64,000 bases of DNA from Camelus dromedarius. Lineage: Eukaryota. The stretch is from the NCBI RefSeq assembly GCF_036321535.1, contig NC_087436.1:6386001-6450000 (forward strand), read 5' to 3'. Of this stretch, positions 50,085 to 63,968 are shown piece after piece. Both the position numbers and the translations under genes were made by a program. The notes beneath the pieces are model-generated. The model was not told the origin of the DNA and ran no database searches. It worked only from the letters and a program-made list of their open reading frames with translations. Every line of letters begins with the position of its first letter. The first letter of the stretch is position 1.

Positions 50085-50500
50085 TCAACTCAAGTGAACA
50101 AATACTCATCGAGTGCTAAGAATGGTACAGATGAAATGCCTTAGGGCACCAAAGGGATCAAGCCACAGTTTCTGTCTAGGAAGTGAGTTGCTTTCCAGTA
50201 GGAAGAATAAAATGACTGACCGTAAAACACGAGCGTGAGAGCAGAGAAGAAGAACTACAAGTGTGCAGGAGTTCCAAAGAGAAGTGGTCTCCACTTGGGA
50301 TAACCAGCAAGCCTTCATGGAGCAGTTGGCATCAGAGATGAATCTTCAAAGGACGGATAGGATGTCTCTGATCACAAATGGGGAAGGAGAGTCTTCCTGG
50401 TGAAAGGCATCGGCCGAGGAAAGAAAGGAAGCTCAGAAAGTCAGAGAAATAGAGGTACTTGGAGAGCAAGATGTAGGAGACAGGATCTGAACAGGGCAGC
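50085..50500 (-). mobile_element. L2 fragment
   Basis: gccttcatggagcagttggcatcagagatgaatcttcaaaggacggatagga pattern. Confidence 0.55.
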
Positions 50501-50519
50501 AGAGTCATGGTGAACACTG

Positions 50520-50968
50520 AATCAGGAGTTGTGATAGGAGCTGGATCTCACACAGTGGGGAGAGGAGCCTGGGAAAGGAGCGTCCGGCAGGAAGGGCTGG
50601 ACCTGTCAGTCTGAGAACCAGGCACATCAGCTGCCAGCGGGCCTGGGAGGGGAGCCCCCGGGGAGTCTACAGGAAGCTTTCACCTTGGTGTGAAGCCAGC
50701 GCATCTGTGAGGACAGCCAAGCTGATGCTGGATGTTGGCCGGAAGCTGAAACTGAGCAACAGGATGATCAGGTGGGAGGCGAGCTGGGCAGGAGGTGGCG
50801 GAGAGGAGCCGGGACAGGCTGGACCACAGGCACCTGTGCATCTCTCATCAGAGCACCCGACGAAGCCCACCTGCAAAAGCAATGGCCACTGCTCCACGAG
50901 CCCCCCAGGAGCCACCCAGAGAGGCTGATTCTGGCGGAATAGAGTCCTCAGCTTAACAGAGTTGACAT
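50520..50968 (-). mobile_element. MLT2E/F-like LTR
   Basis: Terminal cagcttaacagagttgaca and internal similarity by recall. Confidence 0.45.
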
Positions 50969-53479
50969 GTCCACGTCATCACACCAGGTGTCCAGCTTTA
51001 AATGAGGTAGGATATATCTGCGAATAAGCTGGAGATCAGTTGGGTTAAGGATAGCTCAGGGAACCTGACAGAGGCCATGATTTCCAGGGTGTGACATTTA
51101 GTCTCAATTAATTACCAAGAGGGCCATCCCCAGTGGCGTGAGAGTGATATTGGAGGTCTGTTTTTGCAGGTTTGGGTTGAAAAGCCTGAGACAGATCCAA
51201 AGTTATTCAGTTCAGCCTGGGAAAATATCCCTTGGCAGGATGTCTGAATCTGCTCAGCCTTGAAATGTCCTTTTTTAAGAGACAGCGCTCTAGATCAGTG
51301 CCTTCCAACTCCCGCTCTCTGGCAAGCCCGCTGTGCTGGTGTCCGGGAAAGGGGTTCGGGCACGCTAAGAAGTTAATCCTCCAAGCCTATAGGGCTGTGC
51401 GGTGGCAGCCAGAGAGCTCCTAGACCAGCTGCCTCCAGCCACCACCGTCGCTGTCCAGGGTTCCTAGAAGGCGGCCTCGTAGAGTGAGGCCTGACCAGCA
51501 GCCCTTGCAGCTTCCCCGCTGAGAGCTGAGCCGGTTCTTGGCACCCCAGCACCCGGCTGTCTCGTTCAGCAGCCAGTTACAGCATCATTGCTGCCTGTCA
51601 TGGCCAAGGAGCCTCCGTAACCATGGAGGTCATGTCCCAGATGCCCAAAGAGCGCAGCGGGCAGCCCTAAGTGTCCCCGCAGGGGTGGCAGTCGGGGCAG
51701 GGAGACAGACCAAATTCTTGACCAGCGTCCCCCAGGCAGTGGCTCTGAACCTTGGCTTTTGCAGATTTGTAATTTTTCTGTGGGTCTGTGACTAATGTGC
51801 GGCTTTTATAATTCAAACCAGCTTCAGGTGATGGCCTTAAAAATGCTCCTACATTCTGCAAATGAGAGACTTGTCATTATTTTGAAATTATGATATGGAA
51901 AAGTTCCAGGAGATTCAAAAACCATTAACAGTAAAAATAATTTCAATGTTTCTCTCTGGGTGAAAAAAAATGGAAGAGCTGCTTGAAGTACAATTTCAAT
52001 TGTTACAGATACTTTACCTGAATGGTTGGAATGTGGTTTTCATATTTTATATCATATATATATGTGAACAAAATTTTTCTTTGATGGTGACCATCAAGGA
52101 AGTAAAGAGACCATCCTGTATTCATAAGTTTCTTTACAAAGTGCCTCCATCACTTTCAGTGAACAGAGAAATAATCAGACAGTATGTTAGCTTCCTTATT
52201 ACAGACAAACGTGAAAATAAGTCACCATCCTCCTGAAGGTTAATCACTGGGAAAATGCTCAAGTAAAATCTTAAGAAGATACATTAAAGTTCTTGATTGC
52301 ATTGCAGATGTGATAACTAAGTGTGAGGCGAAGCCCAGCCACACTGAACTTCATTCCTTCTCGCTGGTGTGATTATAACCGCACCAGGGGAAGCACCCTT
52401 CAGCATGTGTCCTTGACCGGGACAAATGCGCCCAGGAGGCACGAGATCGTGATCCTTATCAAAGCCTTTCTTTCTAGGGGCTCACACTGTCCTGGAGAAA
52501 AATGAATGTAAATTTCCCGCAGGTTACAGGCACATTACGTATTCCACGAGACAAAAGAAGGAAGCAGTTCTTCGTTGTTTAGCTGAAATTGTAGACTTAT
52601 CATTACAATCTTCTTTTTCATGTGTTACACTATTCAAAGGAATAACTGTGCTTTCTCTGGGAAGATAATACAGAACAAGACAAAAAATTACTCTGTGACT
52701 GTGTAATCATTTTGCCACTTTTAAATAACTACTGAAGTAGATCATAAAACTGGAAGGATGTGGCAGGAGGAGGCTGATAACTGATCAACTTGATCGATTG
52801 GATCTATTCTGTTTGTTACATGATTAGTCATCATGAAAAATTAAATCAATAACATATGAAAATTTTTTGCAGTTTTGCATTTGGGAGAAAACTGCTGGGG
52901 GTGATTTTTGTTGTTTTATTTTTTATTTACTTGCAAGTTACATGTGATACATTGCACAGATTTTAAGTTTGCTGAGTTTGGGGAAACATATGTGCCCATA
53001 ACTGAAATGTAGACACAAATAACTGTGCTCACAAGGGCCCCACATTTAGTTTGCACCCAGCTATTATTGCTGTCTTGAAGTTCTTGAGAAGTTTATCTTT
53101 GAACCTGTGTTTTGGAAATTGAGTCTGATTGGACAGTGCATCCTTGGTTCCTTGTCGCCCCATTGGCTTGGGGCCTTTGCAAAGCCCCAGGAGGACAAAA
53201 TTCCGGGGCACAAGTGATGACTGGGAGTTCAGCAAGATACAAAGTGAGGTAAGCATAGTCCCACTAGGAATGAACAAACGCTTTTACATGCCAGTCAGAA
53301 CTTGCTTCCAACCCAAGACGGAAGCGACGGTGTTCTAGGGAACACCAGTGAGCAAGGAAGGGTATGATACGTCCTTTCCTATTGCTTTGACTTCCCTGTG
53401 TTGGGCGGCCACTTACGCTAAAAATGATGCTCTAAGAGGAGAGGAGAGAGAGGGCAGAGTGCACCTTCGTTCCTTTACC

Positions 53480-53950
53480 CTTCAGGTCTTACTCATCATT
53501 AAGCCAAAGGTGCAGAGTGTTGGTAGAGTGTTCGTGCATCAAGAAGTGAAATAAAAATGCTTAAATTAGCTCTGTGCAGCATGTCCACTCTTTGGGTAAG
53601 AACAAAATACACGTGGATGTATGAGCTACAAAATACAAATTGCGTCAGTCCCGTAATTCCGCGTACAAGAGAAATGTTCGGATATTGGCATTTAAAGCTG
53701 GCATTGCACAATGTAAAGAGGAACAATACATTCTAATATTGAATAGTAAATGTAACAATTTTAATTTTTAACTTTTCTTTACTTCAAGCAAGATTAAATA
53801 GCAAATAAAAATGCCACGATGATTCAAAAGACGGTGGCAGAAAGGAAAAGCCTGACGTCTTCGTAATTTTAAGGGCACTTCTTCCTCTTCTGTGGCTCCA
53901 CATTTTCATTCTGCGCCGGGCTATTCAAATTATGCGGCCAGTATTGTGGC
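53480..53950. mobile_element. MER45-family hAT-Tip100 element
   Basis: ccacattttcattctgcgccgggc...caaattatgcggcca end motif. Confidence 0.6.
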
Positions 53951-53959
53951 CACGTAAAC

Positions 53960-55700
53960 AGAACCTTATAATGTTGCTTTCTGGGTGTTTCTCTAGCTCA
54001 CATATAGCTTTTATGACAGACACCCATGCTGAGTGTGTAGAGGTCATTCATTCCTTCCTGCTGTTGAGGGACTTTTCATTGTCTAACCAGAGTGCTTCCC
54101 CTGTCGATGGACATACGCATTATTTCTTTTTTATTTCATTTTATTTTTTTTCATTGAAGTGTTGTCGATTTACAATGCCATATGTATTATTTCCAGTTTA
54201 GAGCCAGGAAGAATAAGGCTGCTATGAACATGCTTGTATAAGTCTTTTTGTGGGTACACATTTCATTTCTCATAGATAAATACCTAGGAGCAGAACTGCT
54301 GGATCATTAAATATATATATATTTGTAAGTATATATATGAATATGTGAGATACAACAGAAAGCATCCTACAGAATAACAAAAAGGTTCTTTATCCTCATA
54401 TCCCTACATGCTGATTTTTAAAATATCAACATTTTCCCTTGTTTGCTTCCAGTGACTTCTTTTAAGGAGTAAAACTTCTGATAACAGCCAATTCTCTGGC
54501 CCCCAGCTAGTTCCCCGACATCCCCAGATGAAACATGAGACCAAAGTTGGCTTGTATGATTCCAAGCATATTTTATGCAAGTCCACATCCATAAAATAAA
54601 CTATGTAGACCTTTTTGGAGTGTGATAGGATTTCTGTAGAAATGGTTCCACACTCAACATATCCTGTTGCTTGCTTTTTTTCCCCTAAATATTATTGAAA
54701 TTTAGCCATTTTGATAACTTTCTTTACTTCTTTATTTCATCTTTTTCTTCAACTAAGCCTTTCATCATAAGACTAAACCAGAGCTTACTTGTTCACTTCC
54801 CTACAGACAGACAATTTGGTTGACCCCACGTGTCTCGTTTTCACTGTTACAAACGATGCTGAAAGAGACAGCCTTGCATCTGTCACCTCCAGGGATAAGA
54901 GTCTATTTAAGGTCAACACATAGAAGTAAGTTGCTGATTTGCAGGGTATGTGCATCTTTGATTTTCTTGACAACAGTGAATTATCCTCCGAAATATTTGT
55001 GCTAATTTACATTCCCACAGCAATGTCAGGTTCTTATTCACTCCACACTCCCACCAACAGGCTTCAAAGTTTTGCTGATTTCTGAGTACATTTCTAATAC
55101 ATTTCTTCTTTTGTGACTTGTCTATTCATATCCTGTGCCCATTTTCCCCCTATTTTTGGTGTTTTTCTGATTGATTTGTATCTGTTCTTTATTCTGGACA
55201 CAAAGTTTTTGTTAGTGATGATGGTGACTGTAATTTTCCAATAAAGGGGTGTAGCTCTTAATTAATTTTTTGAGTCATATGGAAATTTTTCATTTTAGTG
55301 CAGTAAAAACCTTCTAATTTCACGATGACTTGTCTTAAGAAATGTTATCTGTCCTAATGTTATGTAGATAGTCTCCTTTATTTCTTTTTAAGGTTTTAAG
55401 GTTTAGATTTTCATAATCTAGGTCTCTCATCCACCAGAACATTATTTAGTCATTTTATAGAGAGTGTGAGGCTGGTATCTAATTGTACCTTTCCCCATCT
55501 AGTTAGCAATGGTTTACCCCATTTAATAGTCTTTTTCCCCCAATGGTCTACAATGGCACCTGTCTTACATTCCACATTTGTGTGTGTGTGTGTGTGTGTG
55601 GAGTCTATTTGTATCTCCTGATATCAAAGCCATGCTTATTTCATTACCGTTATTTCATTAAAAGTCTTGGAATCTGGCCAGACACATTAACCTTTTCTAG
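53960..55700 (-). mobile_element. Cluster of old antisense L1 (L1ME-like) fragments
   Basis: gctgctatgaacatgcttgtataagtctttt...aaatacctaggag; ctaatttacattcccacagcaatg; includes an ultra-short young L1 tail at 54127-54178 (TSD 13/15 at 54112-54126 and 54179-54193). Confidence 0.7.
55579..55600. repeat. (TG)11 microsatellite
   Basis: Read directly. Confidence 0.95.
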
Positions 55701-56133
55701 TAAGTGCTTTCATATTTAGAATCTTTTATTTAATAACTCCAAAGGGGGAATTTTGTGATTATGCTATATTTTCTTTTGATTATATTAAATTTATTGTTGT
55801 CCAAGGCCTACAGATGGAAACCAATTTTAAAATGACTCAGTCTCAAAATTCCCGTTAGTAATATACTCCTGCCATAGAAAAGATTATGGCAAATAAAAAT
55901 GTACTTGCAGATCGCTATGCAGTTTACACAGCATTTTACAGAACATTACCTTATGGTTTACAGTCTGCAAAATACATTTTTCTCTTATTTAACGATGAGA
56001 AATCTTAAGAACACCTAAGTAAGTTGCCCAAGTTCCCGTTAATTGCTGCTAATAAGCAACAAATTCAGGTGTCTAATTCTAACTTATGACCTTTCCAACA
56101 CATCCATGTGTCCTTTTATAATGGCTGTCATGG

Positions 56134-56404
56134 ACTCCTCCTAGAAAACAAATTGTAGTTACCAAAAGGGAGAGGGGAGGGGGAGGGAGGGGGGAGGGAT
56201 AAATTAGGAGCTGGGGATTAGCAGTTACAAACTACTCTATATAAAATAGTTAAACAACAAGGTCCTCCTATACAGCCCAGGGAACTATATTCAATATCTT
56301 GTAATAACCTATAATGAAAAAGAATATATATGTATAACTGAATCACCTGGCTGTACCCCAAAAACTAATGCAACTTTGTAAATCAATTATAGTTCAATAA
56401 AAAG

Positions 56405-56456
<52 letters not shown>
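56134..56456 (+). mobile_element. Short L1 3' end whose tail contains (TA)24
   Basis: G-rich 3'UTR tract, AATAAA, (TA)n 56409-56456; TSD AATG(G/A)CTGTCATGG at 56120-56133 and 56457-56470. Confidence 0.92.
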
Positions 56457-56459
<3 letters not shown>

Positions 56460-57295
56460 GACTGTCATGGCCTCTGTTGTTAGTTTTTTGTAAGTTCACT
56501 TTTCATGTGTGGCTCTTTTGCCCCTCAATTATAAGATTGTAAAGTCAAGAAGACAAAAGTTACCTAATAAACATTGATGGATAAATTATCCATAATACAT
56601 AGATTTAATGTTTAAGTTATTGATTTCTAAAACTAAACTCTATAAATGAAAAATGAGACCATTCTGAAACCGTGTTTCATGGCATCATAGAGGAGGTAAT
56701 ACAGTGTAGATCTCGAAATAGAAAAATAGATGGAAAGGAGAGAGGTGGGCATTTCAAGCGAGTCAAGCCCACAGTGTCCTTGATGTACGGTGAATAGACT
56801 TCTTGGCCTCTGGTGGATAAATTGAGAGGTCAGCTGGCTAGAGCTAGCTGTATAGACTAATGCCAAACTTTGGATTTTATCCTGTAGGTAACAGTATGGT
56901 ATAAAATGATTTAGTAGAAAAGAAAAAGAAATGAGTCAAGAAGGAATAAAAACAGGCAGATTTATTTCTAATATGTCATGTCCACATGCCATATTACTAT
57001 GTAACATTCATCTTTAAATGGATTCACTTTTAAAACTCGGCAACAATCTACATGAAATCACGAGCTAGATGTGCTTGTCCTAGATTTTCTGACATATTAA
57101 AATAAATACATAACTATCAAAATAAAAACGATGTACCATCTTTTGCATTGCTGGGGAGCATAAACACTTTACAGCAAAAAGCATTGCCTTGGCACTACCA
57201 GTCATGTGACCTATGCTGATCACATGATGTCCCTGTGCTTCAGTTTCCTGAGCTGGGAAATGAAGATAATACTGAGTGTTCTTGTTACTGATTAC

Positions 57296-59425
57296 TGACG
57301 GGAAAGGAAGACATAAAAACTGTCTTTGTTCACAGCTTACGTGATCCTCTATGTAGAAAATTCGAAAAGAATCAACAAAATAATTCCTGGAACTAATAAG
57401 CAATTATAGCAAAGTTGCAGGATACAAGCTTAATATAGAAAAGTCCATTGTTTCCCTTATATACCGACAATGAACAAGTGAAATTTGAAATTAGAAACAC
57501 AATACCATTTAATTAGCACCCAAGAAATGAAATACGTCAGTTTAAATCTAACAAAGTGTGTTCAAGATTTATATGAGGAAAACTATAAGACTGGTGAATG
57601 AAATCAAAGGAGAGCTAAATAAATGGAGATATAGTCCATGTTCATACAAAGGAAGACTCAATATTGTCAAAACATCTGCTCTTCCCAACTTGATCTCTAG
57701 GTACAGTGCAATCTTGATCAAAATGCCAGCAGGTTTATGGATACAGACAAGTTGATTCTTAAGTTTGTATGGAAAAGCAAAAGACCCAAAATAGCCAACA
57801 CAATATTGGAGAAGAACAAAATCGGAGGACCGACACTTTCCAACTTCCATACTTACTATAAAGCTGCATAATCAAGACAACATGGTATTAGTGAAAGAAC
57901 AAGCAGATCAGCGGAACAGAAGAGAAACAGACTCTTACATATATAGTCAACTGACCTTTGAAAAAGGCACAAAGGCAATGCGATGCAACAAAGATAGCCT
58001 CTTCAACAAATGGTGCTGGAACAAATAAACATCCAAATCCGAAAAAAAAGAGGATCCAGACACAGACCTTACACTCCTCATGAAAATTAACTCAAAATAG
58101 ACCATAGATCTCAATGTAAAATGCAGAACTATAAGAGTCCTAGAACATGACGTAGGAGAAAACCTAGATGACCATATACAGCACCAAAGACATGATTCAC
58201 GAAAGAAATAATTGATACGCTAGTCTTCATTAAAATTTAAAACTTCTGCTTTGCAAAAGACAATGTCAAGAGAATTGCAAGAAGAGCCACAGACTGAGAG
58301 AAAATATTTGCAAAGGACTCAGCTGATAAAGGACCATGATCCAAAAATATACAAAGAACTCTTAAAACTTTAGAAAACAAACAACCAATTTAAAAGTGGG
58401 CCAAGCGCCTTAACAAACACTTCGCCAAAGAAGATATACACATGGCAAATAATTACATGAGAAGTTGCTTTACATCCTGTGTCACCAGGAAATGCAAATT
58501 AAAACAATGAGACACTGCTACACACTTACTAGCGGGGTCAAAATCCAGAACGCTGACAACACCAAATGCTGGTAAGGATGCGGAGCAACAGGAACTCTCA
58601 GCTATTGCTGACGGGAATGTAAGATGGTACAGCCACTCTGGGAGGCAGTTTGTTAGTTTCTTACAAAGCAAAACATACTCTTAACATGCCATCCAGCAAT
58701 TGTGCTTCTTGGTGTTTATCCAAGGAATTGAAAACTTGTGTCCATACAAAAATCTGCACCTGGGTGTTTACTGCAACTTCATTATTCATTGCCAAAACTT
58801 GGAAGCAACCAAGATGTGCTCCAGTAGGTGAATGAATACATAAACTGTGTTATATCCAGACAGTGGAATATTATTCAGTGCTAAAAGGAAATAATCTATC
58901 AAGCCATGAAAAGACATGGAGGAAACTTAAGGCATTATCACTCAGTGAAATAAGTCAATCTGATAAAGCTATATACCATATAATTAAAACTATATAACAT
59001 TCTGTAAAAGGCAAAACTGGATGCAATAAAAAGATCAGTGGTTGCCAGGAGCTAAGGGGCAGTGAGGGGTGAACAGGAGGCACACAGAGGATTTTTAGGG
59101 CATGATACGCCCTGTATGATACCATATGGAGGACACTATAGTGATGGATATGTAGTATATACATATATATGTCCAAACCCATAGACCATGTAACACTAAG
59201 AGTGAACTATAACATAAACTGTGGAATCTGGGTGATAATATGTTTCAATGTAGCTTTATCAACTGTAACAAATGTATCACCTGGTGAGAGGTATTGATAA
59301 TGGGGGAAGCTTCGCATGTGTATGTGCGTGGGGAGGGAGGGCACAGAGCATAGGTGAAATCTCTGTACCTTCCTTTTAATTTAGCTGAACCTAAAACTGC
59401 CCTAAAAATAAAATCTGTTTTAAAA
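57296..59425 (+). mobile_element. L1MC1-like 3' ~2.1 kb
   Basis: ORF2 RT to C-terminus (GRLNIVK, tcttcaacaaatggtgctgg) and L1MC-type 3'UTR; many stops and frameshifts. Confidence 0.92.
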
Positions 59426-59499
59426 GTAAAATTTTAAAGGATCCTGAAGTGTTAACAAATTATTTTCCAAAAATAAAAATATAAAACGCTAGCACTTCA

Positions 59500-59785
59500 G
59501 GACTAAGGGGCATGTATCCTAAGAATGCAAGTTTGGTTCAACATTCAAAAATCATACACAATGATTCACCATATCAATGCAGTAAAATTAACCTTGCGAT
59601 CACCTTAATGGATTTAAAAAAAAAGGTTTTGACAACATCCAGCATCTATCCATGATTTTAAAAAACAAACACAAAAAACAAACAAAAGCAAACCTCTGAG
59701 AAACAAAGAGTGAGATAAAGTAAGAGAGAAGTTTCATAACGAGATGAAAAGCATCTCTGGAAAACCTCTAGCTAACATCATAACA
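59500..59785 (+). mobile_element. Old L1 ORF2 fragment
   Basis: gaatgcaagtttggttcaacatt...tttgacaacatccagcatc...aaacctctagctaacatcata. Confidence 0.75.
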
Positions 59786-60819
59786 CCCCTTGCTCTCAGC
59801 CTTCCTCCCCACGGACCCCAGGGCTCTTTACTTTAGGACAAGCAGATAGCCTGGAGCTGGTAATGGTGGAGAGAAAGGAAACTTGAGAGTTTAGGTTGCA
59901 ATTACCCCCACAACCCTCCTTTCACACTCTTCAAACCTCTGTTTCCTCTTTTGTAAAATGGGTTGAAATGCCTATTTCACAGGGTTGTCAGAAGAATTAA
60001 TTTTAAAACTCTTGTGAAAAAATCTGCAGTGATTTTTGTTGATTTTACTAGCAGAATGTTTGACTCGACAGGCTTTTTGTGAAGACACCTGTTTGTCCAC
60101 TGGATATAACAACATTTATAGCTATTTTCGTACTTTATAGTTTCCAATGTCCTTTCATATTCTTTATGTATGTAGATGAGACTGAAGTTCATTTTATCAA
60201 TGCTCAAACATGGTACAAATTCTCACCTTTCTCTCAACCTCTTAATAAATAGGACCAGGGTCTTAAAGTTTCTGAAAAGAGAGTCTGCATATATATTAAG
60301 ACAGTAATTTCTTACTTTCCAAATGTTAAAATATTTATTGCTAACAGATTGGTTTGTCCTTCATCTTCAGGAATATATTTTTTTTCCTTTTTTCATAAAG
60401 CATTGATCTGCAAAATTAACTTCTTTTCCCAGTTATCATTGTGTTATATATTGTCTTTATAATTATGGGAATACAAGTGACAGGTGAAGGAGAAAACTGT
60501 AGGAGTGTACATGTGTGTGCACTGGTGGGATTTCAAGTGTGAAATTATAATTGGAGGTACCAGAATTTCGGAGCAGAGATTGTGCTATAAAATTAAAATG
60601 GAATGGGCTCTGCTTCCTTCATGTTTATCTTCTTCTTGCAAATACACAGTCAGCTTCCTTCCAACATATAATCAAGCATCCCATATACATAATGAAATAA
60701 TTAAAAAACACAGGAAAGCATCTATTTTCATTACTCCAGATTTCCAGAAAGCAGGGAGGAGGGCATAAAAATGTAGAACTCATTTTCTAAAAGGCTCTAA
60801 AAGGTTACAACTGATAGCT

Positions 60820-61205
60820 GGGGTCATTAGAAATCTGTTAAACAGCAAGCAGCAAGAAGCCTGAGTACAAGAGGCTTAAACACATGGGGGTCTATTTGTT
60901 TCCCATCACATGAAATTTGGAGACTGATACATCTATGCATTAATGCCATCACAGACCCAGTTCTCCTCATCTTTCTACTTTGCATGTGGTTGTCATCCTC
61001 TCCTCATGTTCATAAGGTGGCTGCTCCACCTCCAGCCTCACACCTATGTTCCAGGCACAAAGAAAATGGGGGCAGGGGTGAGGGGAGGAAATGCGCAGTA
61101 TCTGAAAAGCAACAGCTCTTCCAGAAATCTCTAGCAGACTGATGTTTATTTTTACTTGGCCAAATTATAACAATTTGCTATCCAGAGTTGCAAAGGAGTC
61201 TGAAA
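60820..61205 (-). mobile_element. Old MLT1 (J/K/L-type) LTR
   Basis: aggcttaaac...aaggtggctgctccacctccagcctcaca...ttccaggca...cagactga...ttggcca...gttgcaaaggagtctg. Confidence 0.65.
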
Positions 61206-63129
61206 AGACTAAAATATTTTCTAGTGATGCACATTTTCCTTAAATGAAATAGCAGGGAATTATGGCTCCTGTAAAATCCCATGTCTGTCACAAGTGTGTG
61301 AACATACGATTCTCTTCAGTGATGGCCAACAACCCCCTTACCAATCCACCGTCTTCCATACTCCCTGCTCAGGAAGGAAGAGCTGTCTCTGAATCTCAAC
61401 ATTTCCTCAGAACATTCTTGAGAAGTAGCCATACTAGAAAGAGTCCAGGATAAGTTCTGGATAAATTCAAAGAGGGCATCATAATATGCCCTCTTTGTAT
61501 TGCGCTAAGGGCCAGATAATTTGGGTTTTCCTTGAGCCTTAAGAGTTAGTGACAGTTCATGAATGTGAATGCGTGTCTGAGTTAGAGGACCCCTGCATGC
61601 CCCCACAGCGCCCTGAACCTCGTCTCCACTGCACTTACTTCACTGAGTCCTAAATCAGAGACTTCCTTCTCTCTCTGCCCCAGAGATCGGAACCTCCATG
61701 AGAACACTGAATAAATGAAATAAAATCAAATAAAGGGAGTTTAATAAATGTTTGTTGAATGGGTGCACAGATGCATAAATGAATGCATACATTCAATGGA
61801 ACGTAAGACGCAACGCTTTCTTCATGAAACTTATATTCTGAAGACAGGGGCTGGTACATGAATCATTTCGTTTCATGCTGGCGAGTTGAATTAAGTGCTT
61901 TAATTGAGATCAAAGCAAAGAACCGTAGGAGTCAAGAAGAAAGGACAATTCATTTTCTTCAGAACGAAAAAGAAAAGGCTTCATGCAGAAAATGGAATCG
62001 GAGTTAATCTGTGTCAGAAGGAAATTACTCAGGCAAACTGAAAAGCGCTGAGGCTCCCTTTGTCTCAATGTCACAGCTTGCCTCTACTAAAAGGCCATGA
62101 TTATGCATGAGGTAACTACCCACAATTTTTAAATAAATGTAAATACATGTTATACTCCTGTATTTTGAGATCTGACCATCAATGGAGGCTTATATGAGCG
62201 AAGAAGACTTCATGGCAGGTTCTTTGCTGGGGCCCCTCTGCTCTACTCAGACAGGGCCCCTCTTCTTCAAGACAGTTTACTACCATCCGAAGGTATGATT
62301 TTGCTAAAACAAGGCACTGCACTGCCGTCCACCAGGAAATTATCATAATGCATATACAAATATTCAATGTGTTTGGTGTGTCCCTCCTCGCCCCTAAGTT
62401 ATGTGGTGGCATAATCTGTGCTTCTGACTCAGGCACCATGAGCATGTAAATTAGTTCAATGTTGCCTTTGATAAGAAGTATTTATTGTGGAGAACCAGCT
62501 TTATCTAACATTTGCAGGTTAAGTGTCCAGAACAGTGCTGAGAACCCAGTGAGGAGTGGGGGCATCAGAGATTATTCCTGTATTAACCCATTCGATCCGC
62601 AAAAAACATTCTATGAGATCTACACTCTGAATTACTCAGTAGATACTAAGATGCACTACACAAGTTCCTGAAAAACATCACATTCTGCAAAATTTTGCAG
62701 TAAAACTAGCAGGGTGTGTGGTGGACATAGGGTTCAACGGAGACCATTCAAAGAGTACTCAATTTTCTAAGCACAGCACTCATAAAATTAATTTACAATA
62801 GCATGTTTAAAGAATGTGAGAAATACCTAATAATTAAAGAAATGATAGTTTATGTCAATAACGTAGAAGAAACGCTGCAGAAATGCTAGAGAAAACAAAC
62901 GTGCGGTTGTCTGGACTTCCACCACCCCGGGAAGATGGGGCAGGTCTGCACCAGTCACAGCCCTGCGCGCCCGGGAGTTCCCTGCGCTCCGAGCTCCGCC
63001 GCCGCCGCTGCTGAGGGACGCAAAGCGTGAACGTGCTCTCCTGCACCAGCGCCGAAGACTGCATCTTCCCCGCCGTGTCCCCTCCCTGGCCAGTCACGAT
63101 CCAGTCCGTCTGTGTCACACCAACACGTG

Positions 63130-63265
63130 TTGTAGCAGAACAGAGGTTATCATCCCCGCCTTGCAGACGAGGAAGCCGCCGGATGGAAAGGTGGAGAAAC
63201 TTGCCTGAGATGGACCACCAGTGAGTGCCGGAGACAAGATCTGAACCGATAGGAGTCCAGGAAAT
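63130..63265 (-). mobile_element. Degraded MIR
   Basis: tatcatcccc...tgcagacgaggaagcc...aacttgcctgag...gatctgaacc. Confidence 0.6.
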
Positions 63266-63369
63266 AGCAGCTGACTGAATGACTCAGTTTTTCATGTATT
63301 CTTACTACAGTCCTACACTAACTCCTAAGGGGTTTTTTGTTTTATAATTTTTTTCCATTTTACAAATTT

Positions 63370-63861
63370 TCCAATTGGGTATTTTTTCAGCTTTATTGAA
63401 AGATAATTGACAAATACAATTGTAAGATATTTAAAGTGTACAACATGATGATTTGATATATATATACGTTGTGAGACGATTAACACACTCATCACCTCAC
63501 CTATTTACCCTTTTTTTGTGAGAACATTTGAGCTTTACTCTCTTACCAAATTTCAGTTTTACAATACAGTGGTATCAACTGTAGTCACCATGCTATACAC
63601 CAGATCCTCAGGCCTTATTCATCTTGTAACTGAACGTGTGTACCCTGGTACCGATCTCTTTCTATTTCCTCCACACTCCAGCACCTGGCAACCAATTTTC
63701 TACTCTGTTTCTATGATTTGACTTTGTTTTAGATTCCACATATAGGTGATACCATGCAGTATTTGTCTTTCTCTGCCTGGCATATTTCATTTAGCTTAAT
63801 GCCCTCCAGACTCATTCATGTTGTTGCAAATTTCAGGATTCCCCTCTTTTTTAGTGCTGAA
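63370..63861 (-). mobile_element. L1MA9-like 3'UTR
   Basis: ctttattga...tttagattccacatataggtgataccatgcagtatttgtctttctctg. Confidence 0.9.
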
Positions 63862-63863
63862 TT

Positions 63864-63887
63864 TAGATAGGTAGGTAGGTAGGTAAG

Positions 63888-63955
<68 letters not shown>

Positions 63956-63968
63956 TAGATGATAGACA
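63864..63968. repeat. Compound tetranucleotide STR (TAGG)n(TAGA)n(CAGA)n
   Basis: Read directly. Confidence 0.97.

Noticed and set aside
53129..53255. Plus-strand donor GAG|GTAAGC after a short ORF
   Set aside because: No matching acceptor or partner exons found.
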